From an uncultured Alphaproteobacteria bacterium (GTDB lineage Bacteria; Pseudomonadota; Alphaproteobacteria; RF32; CAG-239), in the NCBI GenBank assembly GCA_949297665.1, contig CASFTO010000023.1, positions 1-55,721 on the forward strand: DNA of 55,721 nt. The letters run 5' to 3'. Of the stretch, positions 26,984 through 35,790 are shown one piece after another; within the stretch, counting starts at the first letter, position 1, and every line of letters starts with the position of its first letter. The position numbers and the translations under genes were made by a program. A model generated the notes under the pieces. The model ran no database searches and was not told the DNA's origin. It saw nothing but the letters and a program-made list of their open reading frames with translations.

Positions 26984-28687
26984 ATGGCAGAAGAAAATAC
27001 AAATGAAAATCAATATGTCGTGCTAGCACGCAAATATCGACCTCAAAATTTTGAAGATTTACTGGGGCAAGATGCACTTGTGCAGACATTAACAAATGCC
27101 ATTCAAAATAACCGATTACACCATGCATATATATTAACGGGGATTCGCGGAGTTGGAAAGACAACGACGGCTCGTTTAATAGCCAGAGCGTTAAACTGCG
27201 TCGGAGCAGACGGAAAGGGCGGACCGACAATACATCCGTGCGGTGTATGTGATAATTGTAAAGCGATAGCAGCCGGACGTCATATGGACGTGATGGAACT
27301 CGATGCTGCTTCACATACCGGCGTTGATGATATAAGAGAGCTTTTGGATAGTGCCCGCTATGCACCGACAAATGCTCGTTATAAAGTATATATCATCGAC
27401 GAAGTCCATATGTTATCCAAAGGTGCTTTTAATGCGTTGTTAAAGACATTGGAGGAGCCCCCAGCGCATGTAAAATTTATTTTTGCAACAACAGAAATCA
27501 GAAAAGTACCGGTAACGATTCTGTCCCGATGCCAAAGATTCGATTTACAGCGTCTGTCTGTGGAAACATTGACAAAGTTATTTACCAAAATATTAGCCCA
27601 AGAGAATATTCCGGCCGAGAGCGAATGCTTGGATATTATAGCGAAAGCGGCAGATGGCTCTGCAAGAGATGGTTTGTCATTGTTAGACCAAGCTATTGTA
27701 TTAAGTAACGGAAATATCAATACGGCCACAGTTAAAAAGATGTTAGGGCTTGCAGACAGAAGTCAGACTTTAGCTTTGTTTGAGAAACTGGTAAAAGGGG
27801 ATATGGAAGCGGTATTACAAGATATTTCAGAGCAATATACCAATGGCGCCACCCCGATTATAATATTACAAGATTTGATAAATATCACGCATGATTTAGC
27901 AAAGATAAAGATTGTTCCGGCACTATTAAATTCCACAAGTTTAAGTGAAATAGAGAAAACGACGTTTACTGATTTAAGCGGAAAATGTTCGTTGGGGATA
28001 CTATCAAAAATATGGCAAATGTTGATAAAAGGAATTAGTGAGATTAACATGGCTCCATCAGCGGTGGAAGCCTTGGAGATGATTTTACTACGCATAGCAT
28101 ATTCAGCATCTTTACCGACACCTTACGAGATTTTAAATGAGGTAAAAAAAAACTCTAGTCTAAACGAATATAATACAAATAAATTTCCTTCAGTCGGAAA
28201 CGAAAAAAAAAATCTGACAAAGCCACAACCATCGCTTGATGAAAATATGACAATTTTCAACACAGTAGAGGACTTCTTGCGTTATTTAGAAGGAGCGAAA
28301 AAAGCTCTGATAGAATATTCCATAAAAAATGATGTATGTATTAGAGAGTTTTCTGATGGGCATATTGCAATGAACATAGCGCCGACAATTCATCAAGATT
28401 TCATAATGAATTTACATAAATTGTTAAGTGACGCAACGGGTAAACAATGGGAAATAGAAATTGTAAAAGGTGAATTGGGAGAAACAATCGCAGAAAAAGA
28501 AAAATCAGCGGTGGAAGCAAAGAAAAAAAATGTTGCAGAATATCCACTAGTAAAGAAAATATTAGAAGAGTTTAAAGGTTCTAAAATAGAAACAGTTGTC
28601 CGTAAAAACTTAGACAACCTAGCCGAAGAAGAACCGGAAATTTCAGAAGAAAATAACAGTTCAACGTATTTTGAAGAAGAGGAATAG
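26984..28687 (+). CDS. dnaX: DNA polymerase III subunit gamma/tau
   Basis: LARKYRPQNF, Walker A GIRGVGKTT, Zn motif CGVCDNC, DEVHMLS, KTLEEPP and SRC. Confidence 0.98.
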   Translation: MAEENTNENQYVVLARKYRPQNFEDLLGQDALVQTLTNAIQNNRLHHAYILTGIRGVGKTTTARLIARALNCVGADGKGGPTIHPCGVCDNCKAIAAGRHMDVMELDAASHTGVDDIRELLDSARYAPTNARYKVYIIDEVHMLSKGAFNALLKTLEEPPAHVKFIFATTEIRKVPVTILSRCQRFDLQRLSVETLTKLFTKILAQENIPAESECLDIIAKAADGSARDGLSLLDQAIVLSNGNINTATVKKMLGLADRSQTLALFEKLVKGDMEAVLQDISEQYTNGATPIIILQDLINITHDLAKIKIVPALLNSTSLSEIEKTTFTDLSGKCSLGILSKIWQMLIKGISEINMAPSAVEALEMILLRIAYSASLPTPYEILNEVKKNSSLNEYNTNKFPSVGNEKKNLTKPQPSLDENMTIFNTVEDFLRYLEGAKKALIEYSIKNDVCIREFSDGHIAMNIAPTIHQDFIMNLHKLLSDATGKQWEIEIVKGELGETIAEKEKSAVEAKKKNVAEYPLVKKILEEFKGSKIETVVRKNLDNLAEEEPEISEENNSSTYFEEEE

Positions 28688-28691
28688 ACTG

Positions 28692-29009
28692 ATGTTAAAT
28701 ATACAAGGACTAATGAAACAAGCGCAAATGATGCAAAGAAAAATGCAAGAAGCACAAGAAAAATTAGCCGACACGGAAATTACCGGAACATCTGGTAACG
28801 GAATGGTTAATGTTGTTTTAAACGGAAAATCGGAAATGAAAAAGATTTCGATAGATAAAAATTTAGCTTCAGATGATATGGAAATGTTGGAAGATTTGAT
28901 AATGGTTGCATATAACAATGCACACACCCAAGTAGAAGCATTGGCAGAAGAGGGAATGAAAGAAGCAACCGGTGGTGTAAATTTAGGTGGTTTAAAACTT
29001 CCGTTTTAG
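28692..29009 (+). CDS. ybaB: YbaB/EbfC nucleoid-associated protein
   Basis: MKQAQMMQRKMQEAQ, GTSGNGMV and LEDLIMVAYN. Lies between dnaX and recR. Confidence 0.93.
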   Translation: MLNIQGLMKQAQMMQRKMQEAQEKLADTEITGTSGNGMVNVVLNGKSEMKKISIDKNLASDDMEMLEDLIMVAYNNAHTQVEALAEEGMKEATGGVNLGGLKLPF

Positions 29010-29017
29010 GAACGTAG

Positions 29018-29611
29018 ATGTCTGGACAATATATAGAAGACCTTATCAAAATAGTAGCGCGATTTCCATCATTAGGTACTCGTTCGGCGCGGAGAATAGT
29101 GTTACACTTACTTAAGAAGAAAGAAACGCAGATACCGCAGCTAATAAAAGCCTTACAAGATGTTTATGATAACATAAAGGTATGCGAAATATGTGGCAAT
29201 TATGATACGCAATCTCCATGCTCAATATGCAGTTCAACAACCAGAGAAAATAATTTACTGTGCGTTGTTCAGGATATAAGTGATTTATGGGCATTAGAAA
29301 GAGGAGGTTTATATAAAGGCAAATACCATATTTTAGGAGGAGTATTATCAGCCATAGAAGGAGTGACACCCGAAGATTTAAATATAGAAAAACTGATACA
29401 AAGGATAGATACGGAAGAAATAACCGAAATAATTTTAGCATTACCGGCAACAGTGGATGGTCAGATAACCATGCATTATATCTCATCTATGCTAAAAGAC
29501 AAAGGTATTAAAATATCAACCCTAGCTCAAGGTATTCCTGTCGGGGGCGAATTAGATTATATGGACGACGGAACAATAAAACTGGCGTTGGATTTGCGCA
29601 AACAGATATAA
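29018..29611 (+). CDS. recR: Recombination protein RecR
   Basis: CEICGN...PCSIC Zn finger, YHILGG, TOPRIM ATVDGQ and GGELDYMD. Confidence 0.97.
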   Translation: MSGQYIEDLIKIVARFPSLGTRSARRIVLHLLKKKETQIPQLIKALQDVYDNIKVCEICGNYDTQSPCSICSSTTRENNLLCVVQDISDLWALERGGLYKGKYHILGGVLSAIEGVTPEDLNIEKLIQRIDTEEITEIILALPATVDGQITMHYISSMLKDKGIKISTLAQGIPVGGELDYMDDGTIKLALDLRKQI

Positions 29612-29627
29612 CAGAAGAGAGGATGTT

Positions 29628-30350
29628 TTAAAGCTCATCCTCTTTTTCATCATCGGTATCCGACAAGGTATTTTTATCAATAGAGTACCCGTTGGCTCTG
29701 ACAGTTCTAATGTAATCGGGACCATACTGATTAAGAGATTTACGCAATCTTCTGATGTGAACATCAACAGTTCTCGATTCCACAAAAATATTTTCCCCCC
29801 AAACAGATTTTAATAAAACTTCACGAGAGAAGACTTTTCCTGGTTCTTTAATAAGCATTTTTAATAAGCGAAATTCAGTAGGACTAAGGTGAAGTTGATG
29901 CCCATTACGAAAGACTTTTCGCTCAGATAAATCCATAGAAATATCATCAAAAACGATTACTTTTTCTTTTTCTTCAAATAAAGGAGCTCTGCGCATGTTA
30001 GTTTTAACCCGAGCCATCAATTCCGGAACGGAAAAGGGTTTGGTAACATAATCATCGGCACCGGCACCCAAACCTCGAATTTTATCTTCTTCTTGTCCTT
30101 TAGCAGTCAGCATAATGATAGGAATATTTTTAATATCAGGTTTAGAACGTATCATTTTGCAAATTTCGATGCCGGAAACTTCAGGGAGCATCCAATCTAA
30201 TAAGATAACAGAGGGCATGAGTCGCTCAACTTCACTGACGGCATTTAGCCCATTTGCAACCGTAGCGACATCAAAACCTTCCTTTTCCAGATTATAGCTT
30301 AAAAGCATAGCCAAAGGCTCTTCATCTTCAATAATCATAACTAAACTCAT
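29628..30350 (-). CDS. phoB: Phosphate regulon response regulator (OmpR/PhoB family)
   Basis: EDEEPL..LLSYNLEKEGF, LDWMLP, ADDYVTKPFS, LSPTEFRLL and SRTVDVHIRRLRK. ATGA overlap with rpe. Confidence 0.85.
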   Translation of the reverse strand: MSLVMIIEDEEPLAMLLSYNLEKEGFDVATVANGLNAVSEVERLMPSVILLDWMLPEVSGIEICKMIRSKPDIKNIPIIMLTAKGQEEDKIRGLGAGADDYVTKPFSVPELMARVKTNMRRAPLFEEKEKVIVFDDISMDLSERKVFRNGHQLHLSPTEFRLLKMLIKEPGKVFSREVLLKSVWGENIFVESRTVDVHIRRLRKSLNQYGPDYIRTVRANGYSIDKNTLSDTDDEKEDEL

Positions 30351-30994
30351 AGATGTATTCCTTTCAAAGTAGCTATATTTTCAGATAACATACCATTCTG
30401 AAAAACAGCAGTTCCGGCAACTAAAATATCAGCCCCGGCATTAACGCATAAAGAAGCATTTTGAAAATTAATTCCCCCATCGACTTCCAGCAGGACGTTA
30501 CGATTTGCGATAATATCTTTAGTCAGTTTAATTCTTTCGAGTGTATCGGGATAAAATTTCTGTCCGCCAAATCCAGGTTGCACTCCCATCACCAAAATTA
30601 AATCAACATCATTAATAAGAGGAATGATTTGTTTAATATCGGATGAAGGTCTCAAAGTGACACCGACTTTCAGTTTATAATTTCTAATTAGCTGAATTGT
30701 TTGAATTGGGCTCTCAGTAGCTTCAAGATGAAAAGTAATTAAGTCTGCGCCGGATTCGGCATACCAAGAAATACACTCATCAGGATTAGTAACCATAAGG
30801 TGGACATCAAAAGGAAGCGAAGTATATTTTTTTAATTCTTTTAAGATTTTAGGCCCAAAGGTAAGATTCGGAACAAAATGACCATCCATAACATCAAAAT
30901 GGATAAAATCTGCACCTGCAAGTTCTAAATCAGAAATTGTTTTTCCCAAATAAGCGCTATCGGCAGCAAGTAAACTTGGAGCAATTTTTACCAT
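30347..30994 (-). CDS. rpe: Ribulose-phosphate 3-epimerase
   Basis: IAPSLLAAD, HFDVMDGHFVPNLTFG, DVHLMV, PGFGGQKF and VDGG. Confidence 0.97.
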   Translation of the reverse strand: MVKIAPSLLAADSAYLGKTISDLELAGADFIHFDVMDGHFVPNLTFGPKILKELKKYTSLPFDVHLMVTNPDECISWYAESGADLITFHLEATESPIQTIQLIRNYKLKVGVTLRPSSDIKQIIPLINDVDLILVMGVQPGFGGQKFYPDTLERIKLTKDIIANRNVLLEVDGGINFQNASLCVNAGADILVAGTAVFQNGMLSENIATLKGIHL

Positions 30995-31133
30995 ATAAAA
31001 CTCCTTATAAAAATCTGAAAGTAGGATATATCACAAAACTTAAATTGAGGTAAATATATTAAAAGAGGCATTGATAAAACAAGAACAAAGATTATGTAAA
31101 GGAAGTCAATAAATTTAGTAAAAGGAGAAAAAC

Positions 31134-31619
31134 ATGGGAGAACTAGCGCAAAAAATATGTAAGTTAGAAAAAGAAGAAATCATCAACATGCTCAATACAG
31201 CCTATGCGGAAGAATGGCTGGCTTATTATCAATATTGGCTTGGCTCCAAGGTGGCGAAAGGGATAGAAAGAGCGGAAATATCCAAGGAGTTGAAAGAACA
31301 TGGTAATGAAGAATTGAAGCACGCCGAATGGTTGGCAGATAGAATTATACAGTTAGGCGGAAGTCCATTATTAGATCCAAATGAGTGGAAAGAAAAAGCG
31401 CAATGTAAGTATGAAGCTCCTAAAGACGGCAATACGGAAATACTTGTATCACAGAATTTAGTAGGAGAACGTTGTGCAATTGCCAGATATCAGCAAATCT
31501 GTGAAAAGTGTAAAGACCAAGATATTGAAACATTTCGGATATCAGAGAAGATACTAAAAGAAGAACTGGAGCATGAGCAAGAAATGGAAGATTTCCTAAC
31601 AGATTTTAAGTATTATTAG
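31134..31619 (+). CDS. Ferritin-like DPSL (Dps-like, thioferritin-type) protein
   Basis: AEEWLAYYQYW, EELKHA..LADRIIQLGG, the Cys pair in QCKYEAP and GERCAI, and EELEHE. Confidence 0.85.
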   Translation: MGELAQKICKLEKEEIINMLNTAYAEEWLAYYQYWLGSKVAKGIERAEISKELKEHGNEELKHAEWLADRIIQLGGSPLLDPNEWKEKAQCKYEAPKDGNTEILVSQNLVGERCAIARYQQICEKCKDQDIETFRISEKILKEELEHEQEMEDFLTDFKYY

Positions 31620-31642
31620 TTTCTAAAAGCTATAACCTATTA

Positions 31643-31682
31643 TTAACCTCTTAATGCTAAAAAAGATACATTAAGAGGTTAA
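31643..31682. repeat. Perfect 14-bp inverted repeat with a 12-nt spacer between the ferritin-like gene and xerC
   Basis: TTAACCTCTTAATG (31643-31656) and CATTAAGAGGTTAA (31669-31682). Confidence 0.85.
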
Positions 31683-31699
31683 GATAGGGAGGTAGTTAT

Positions 31700-32602
31700 A
31701 TGTTAGACAGAGAGCTGAAAAAACAGATGCAACGATGGATTGAATGGTTAAGAACCCAAAGAAACTACTCTCCGCACACCATACAAAGTTATGTAAGTGA
31801 TTTGGAAATATTTATAGAATATTTAGCCAAAGAAAGAGTTTCCTTAAGTGATTTAAAAAAGATAGACATACGAGGATTTAGGAATTTTTTCAGTTTACGC
31901 GCCAAAAGAGGAATAAGCCGCACCTCAATAGCCCGAGAAGAGTCTGCCGTAAAAAATTTTTTCAAATGGTTGGATAATAACGGAATAATAAGGAATAATG
32001 CAATTTTTCAAATATCAACACCGAAATTACCAAAAGTTTTACCGCGTTCATTAGACGTGAACACTATGTTTGATGTTATAGACGAGGCAATACAAGATTG
32101 TAGTGAACCATGGATAGGAATAAGAGATAGAGCAATTTTAACTTTATTATACGGATGTGGATTGCGCATATCTGAAGCATTAGGACTAAATGTTGAGGAT
32201 ATAAACCACACAGAATTTGTGAAAATAAAGGGGAAAGGAAACAAGGATAGATATGTTCCCATATTACCGATTATTATAGAGAGAATAGAAGCCTACAAAA
32301 AGAGTTGTCCATACAATTTAAAAAATGGCGATGCGTTATTTTTAGGAGCAAAGGGAGAAAGAGTAAGTCCCAGAATTATTCAAAGAAAGTTACAAAAAAT
32401 AAGGGTAAAACTAAATTTACCGGATAACATAACACCACACGCATTACGACATTCTTTTGCAACACATTTATTGGCACAAGGTTCAGATTTAAGGTCTATA
32501 CAAGAGTTATTAGGGCATGCATCATTAAGTTCGACGCAACGATATACAGACGTTAATTTGGAAAAGATACAAAAAGAATATAAGAAGGCCTTTCCAAACT
32601 AA
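31700..32602 (+). CDS. xerC: Tyrosine recombinase XerC
   Basis: RDRAILTLLYGCGLRISEAL, GKGNKDR, HALRHSFATHLL and LLGHASLSSTQRYT. No mobile-element neighbours. Confidence 0.9.
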   Translation: MLDRELKKQMQRWIEWLRTQRNYSPHTIQSYVSDLEIFIEYLAKERVSLSDLKKIDIRGFRNFFSLRAKRGISRTSIAREESAVKNFFKWLDNNGIIRNNAIFQISTPKLPKVLPRSLDVNTMFDVIDEAIQDCSEPWIGIRDRAILTLLYGCGLRISEALGLNVEDINHTEFVKIKGKGNKDRYVPILPIIIERIEAYKKSCPYNLKNGDALFLGAKGERVSPRIIQRKLQKIRVKLNLPDNITPHALRHSFATHLLAQGSDLRSIQELLGHASLSSTQRYTDVNLEKIQKEYKKAFPN

Positions 32603-32614
32603 AAAAGATAATAA

Positions 32615-32637
32615 AAAAGCGCCATTAAGGCGCTTTT
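32615..32637. terminator. Bidirectional terminator between xerC and rpmG
   Basis: AAAAGCGCC-ATTAA-GGCGCTTTT. Confidence 0.8.
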
Positions 32638-32654
32638 CATAAAACGAAAAAAAA

Positions 32655-32822
32655 TTACTTCAACTTTTTCTCAACAAACTCTTCATGCTTTTTAGATTTC
32701 TTATCATACTTTTTCATAACCAATTTCTCAGGATGAGTTCTTGGATTCTTTTCAGCAAGATAAAAAGTACCTGTACCGGCACTACTCTCTAATTTTACTT
32801 TAACTTTTACTGCTTTTGCCAT
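32655..32822 (-). CDS. rpmG: 50S ribosomal protein L33 (Cys-free type)
   Basis: MAKAVKVKVKLESSAGTGTFY..EKNPRT..EKLVMKKYD...H..FVEKK. Start moved to 32822. Confidence 0.95.
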   Translation of the reverse strand: MAKAVKVKVKLESSAGTGTFYLAEKNPRTHPEKLVMKKYDKKSKKHEEFVEKKLK

Positions 32823-32905
32823 TATTTTACTCTTATAAATTAAGGTTAAACACAAAAAACTTTACAAGCAATATACAATTATAATCGCTAATGTCAATAA
32901 GAATT

Positions 32906-33940
32906 TTAACTGAAATATCTTTTTATTAATTTTGTAGCAATTCTAATATCTTTAAGACTGTCACGCGTATCAGGTAAAAGACAACTATTATCAATTCCGG
33001 TACAAATTTGCGGCATTAAACCGACATTTTGTAAAGATTTTCCCGAAGGTGTATAAAAATAACCGCTTGTCAAAAATAAGATTTGGTCATCAATTTGATA
33101 AATATCCTGAATACTGTTTTTTCCATAAGTTTTCGTTCCGATAACAATTGCTCGACTTTGTTCGCTGAGAGCTGCTGCAATTAATTCTGCAGCGGAGGCC
33201 GTAAAGGAGTCTGTTAAAACAGCAATAGGTTTTCCGAGAAGAATATCTCCAGGAGTAGCATTATAATATTTTTGTTTTTTTTTGCTATTAGAGCTATAGG
33301 CAATAATTGTTCCATCCAAAAACAAATCGGCTGTTTTCAGAGCTTCATTAAAATTACCGCCTTTGCATCCTCTTAAATCTAAAATAATTCCGTTAAGATT
33401 TGCATAACCGGAAATAATCTTTTGAATATCACCGGAAATTCCGGAAAAGAACAAAGAAGGTTTCAAATAAACAATATTATTTTCCTCATCAAATTTAGAA
33501 ACAATATGAGCAGAAGGAATATTGCCGATTCTTGAAAAAGTATCCAAACGACTAACCATAGCTTCCAAAATATGCGTTTCTAAAGATTGCGAATGAGTTA
33601 TTAGATTGGGAGAGGAATGAAGACTGGTCTCTAGAACCTTATGTGTCAAATCTTTCCATAAAGCAGCGTTATTTTTTTCTTTCGGAAGCATATATGTAGC
33701 AACGAGATTATTTTGGTGATATAAAAAGGCTTTAGAGTCGCTGTGATAGAGCTTAAAAGAATTATCAAATTGGGATAAGGTTTTTAATCCATTTAAAGCA
33801 ATATCCTCAAAATCAAGATTTGCGGCATATTTGTTTTGTAGCTTATTAAAAAGCTCCGCGATTTTAGTAAATTCATAAGCGTAAGCCTGAGAAATAGAGA
33901 GATAAAAACCCAAAAGAACACACCAAAATTTTCTAAGCAT
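32906..33940 (-). CDS. S41 family (CtpA-like) exported peptidase lacking a PDZ domain
   Basis: Signal peptide, ILDLRGCKGG, catalytic TASAAE and GTKTYGK. Confidence 0.85.
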   Translation of the reverse strand: MLRKFWCVLLGFYLSISQAYAYEFTKIAELFNKLQNKYAANLDFEDIALNGLKTLSQFDNSFKLYHSDSKAFLYHQNNLVATYMLPKEKNNAALWKDLTHKVLETSLHSSPNLITHSQSLETHILEAMVSRLDTFSRIGNIPSAHIVSKFDEENNIVYLKPSLFFSGISGDIQKIISGYANLNGIILDLRGCKGGNFNEALKTADLFLDGTIIAYSSNSKKKQKYYNATPGDILLGKPIAVLTDSFTASAAELIAAALSEQSRAIVIGTKTYGKNSIQDIYQIDDQILFLTSGYFYTPSGKSLQNVGLMPQICTGIDNSCLLPDTRDSLKDIRIATKLIKRYFS

Positions 33941-33942
33941 AG

Positions 33943-34737
33943 CTAAAACTCAAAATTTGCAATCAATGCTGTATGGTCAGAAGGTTTGTTCATACTTCTC
34001 AAGGACTTATCAACAAAACATTCCTTCAAACGCTCGGCAAAGAAAGCCGTTACAAAAACATAATCTATTCTTAATCCCAAATTAGTTACAAAAGAGTTAG
34101 CGGAATAATCCCAAAACGTATAACCTTCCGAAATAGGGTGCAAAAGTCTGAAAGCATCATGAAATCCCAAAAAAGAAAGTGCTTTAAGTTTGTTTCTCAC
34201 ATCAATACGATAAAGCGGACTACCTAAAAAACGCTCTTCATCAAAAACATCTAAAGTATTCATCATAACATTAAAATCGCCGGCAAAAATAATAGGAAAA
34301 CCGGAATTAATTAAGTCAGAAGCATGCTGATGCAATTTATCAAACCAAGTTAATTTATTGGCAAGTTTAATCTGTTCAAGATCTTTACTGGGAGCACATC
34401 CGTTTGGAGCATATATAGAAGCGGCATAAAAAGGAGAAATGGGATGTTGCACGAAAATTTCGATATATCTTGCCGAAGTATCTTCCTGAAAATTAGGTAA
34501 ATTTTTTGCAGAGATGATAAAATCAAATTTAGCTAAGATAGCAACACCATTATAACCTTTCTGACCTAAAACAGCAACATGATAGCCCAAACTTTCACAT
34601 TCAAAATAAAGAAAATTTTCGGTTTCGCATTTTATCTCTTGCAAAAAAACAATATCGGGATTTTCATCTTTCAGCCATCGGCAAAGATTGGAGCATCTGG
34701 CTTTAATGGAATTAATATTATAAGTAGCGATTTTCAT
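33943..34737 (-). CDS. xth: Exodeoxyribonuclease III
   Basis: IATYNINS, LQEIK, GYNGVAIL, GDFN, YTFWDY, LRID and SDH. Confidence 0.96.
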   Translation of the reverse strand: MKIATYNINSIKARCSNLCRWLKDENPDIVFLQEIKCETENFLYFECESLGYHVAVLGQKGYNGVAILAKFDFIISAKNLPNFQEDTSARYIEIFVQHPISPFYAASIYAPNGCAPSKDLEQIKLANKLTWFDKLHQHASDLINSGFPIIFAGDFNVMMNTLDVFDEERFLGSPLYRIDVRNKLKALSFLGFHDAFRLLHPISEGYTFWDYSANSFVTNLGLRIDYVFVTAFFAERLKECFVDKSLRSMNKPSDHTALIANFEF

Positions 34738-34853
34738 TTTTTGCCTCTAAACAATTTTTTTCATTATGAAACTTTAACCGATACAATATTAAATGATTGT
34801 AAACATATTTAGGATATAATCAGCTCAAGTATGATAAAATAGAGGAAAAACAT

Positions 34854-35786
34854 ATGCTATCAGGTTTTACAAATCAAAACACCGAAACAAATGACTTCCA
34901 TCAAAGAGTGGCAGACCAAAACATTCAAAGTATAGAAGATAGGCAAGAAGAGCTAAGGCATGCAAAGAATGGTTTTATTGGGATGTTAGCGGGAATAGTT
35001 GTTGGCGGCATCGTAGGGTGGTTATTTTTAGGGCCTGCAGACAATATAAATAAAGAAAAAGCAATTCCGGTTATTAGACGTCCGCTAACAGCTGCCAAAG
35101 TACTACCCAATGACCCGGGAGGGATGGAGATTAATAATCAAGACAGAGAAATATATCATATAGTAGACAATACACCAAAAGAGCAAGAAGAAGTAAAAAT
35201 TCGCCCGGCACCGGATATGCCAAAAATAGATTTGGATAAAACAATTTCTTCATCGGAAGAAATGCAAAATTTAGTAGAAAGTATTAATAACGATAATAGT
35301 CTGAACAATCAAGATTTAGAATTGGATAATAGCCGCAATAATGAAGTAAAAGTAGTATCAACAGAACTATCAGGCATTAAAACTAATAGTAAGGATAAAG
35401 TGATAATCCCCGAGAAGATAGATGATATAAAAGTAAAGTTACAAAAAACGATAAATTCACAGGTGCAAAAATTGCAAGATAATGAAAATATGAAAAAAGA
35501 GCTTGTAACGGAACCGGTGAAGAGTAATAATTTTGCGAAAGGAACATGGTATACACAAATTATAGCATCATCGAGTCGTAAAGCTGTTCAGTCATTATGG
35601 AATAATTTGTCAACACGGCATGATTTTATAAGAAAATATCCTTATGAGATAGAAGAAATTAAGACCGCTCAAGGCAATGTTTTATATAGATTAAAAGTGG
35701 GATCATTTAAGAGTCGTGAAGAGGCAGTGGAATTAAGTGATTTGCTCAAGAAAAAACAAATTAGCAGCATAATAAAGCAGAACTAA
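34854..35786 (+). CDS. Membrane-anchored SPOR-domain protein (FtsN-like)
   Basis: One TM, IPVIR...KVLPNDPGGMEI, and a C-terminal SPOR domain (WYTQIIA...LYRLKVG.F.SREEA). Confidence 0.88.
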   Translation: MLSGFTNQNTETNDFHQRVADQNIQSIEDRQEELRHAKNGFIGMLAGIVVGGIVGWLFLGPADNINKEKAIPVIRRPLTAAKVLPNDPGGMEINNQDREIYHIVDNTPKEQEEVKIRPAPDMPKIDLDKTISSSEEMQNLVESINNDNSLNNQDLELDNSRNNEVKVVSTELSGIKTNSKDKVIIPEKIDDIKVKLQKTINSQVQKLQDNENMKKELVTEPVKSNNFAKGTWYTQIIASSSRKAVQSLWNNLSTRHDFIRKYPYEIEEIKTAQGNVLYRLKVGSFKSREEAVELSDLLKKKQISSIIKQN

Positions 35787-35790
35787 GACA

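Noticed and set aside
26913-27371. 152 aa minus-strand ORF
   Set aside because: It is antisense to ffs and dnaX, with no coding hallmarks.
31700-32602. Phage or island integrase
   Set aside because: The sequence fits chromosomal XerC, the neighbours are housekeeping genes, and no att-like repeats or cargo were seen.
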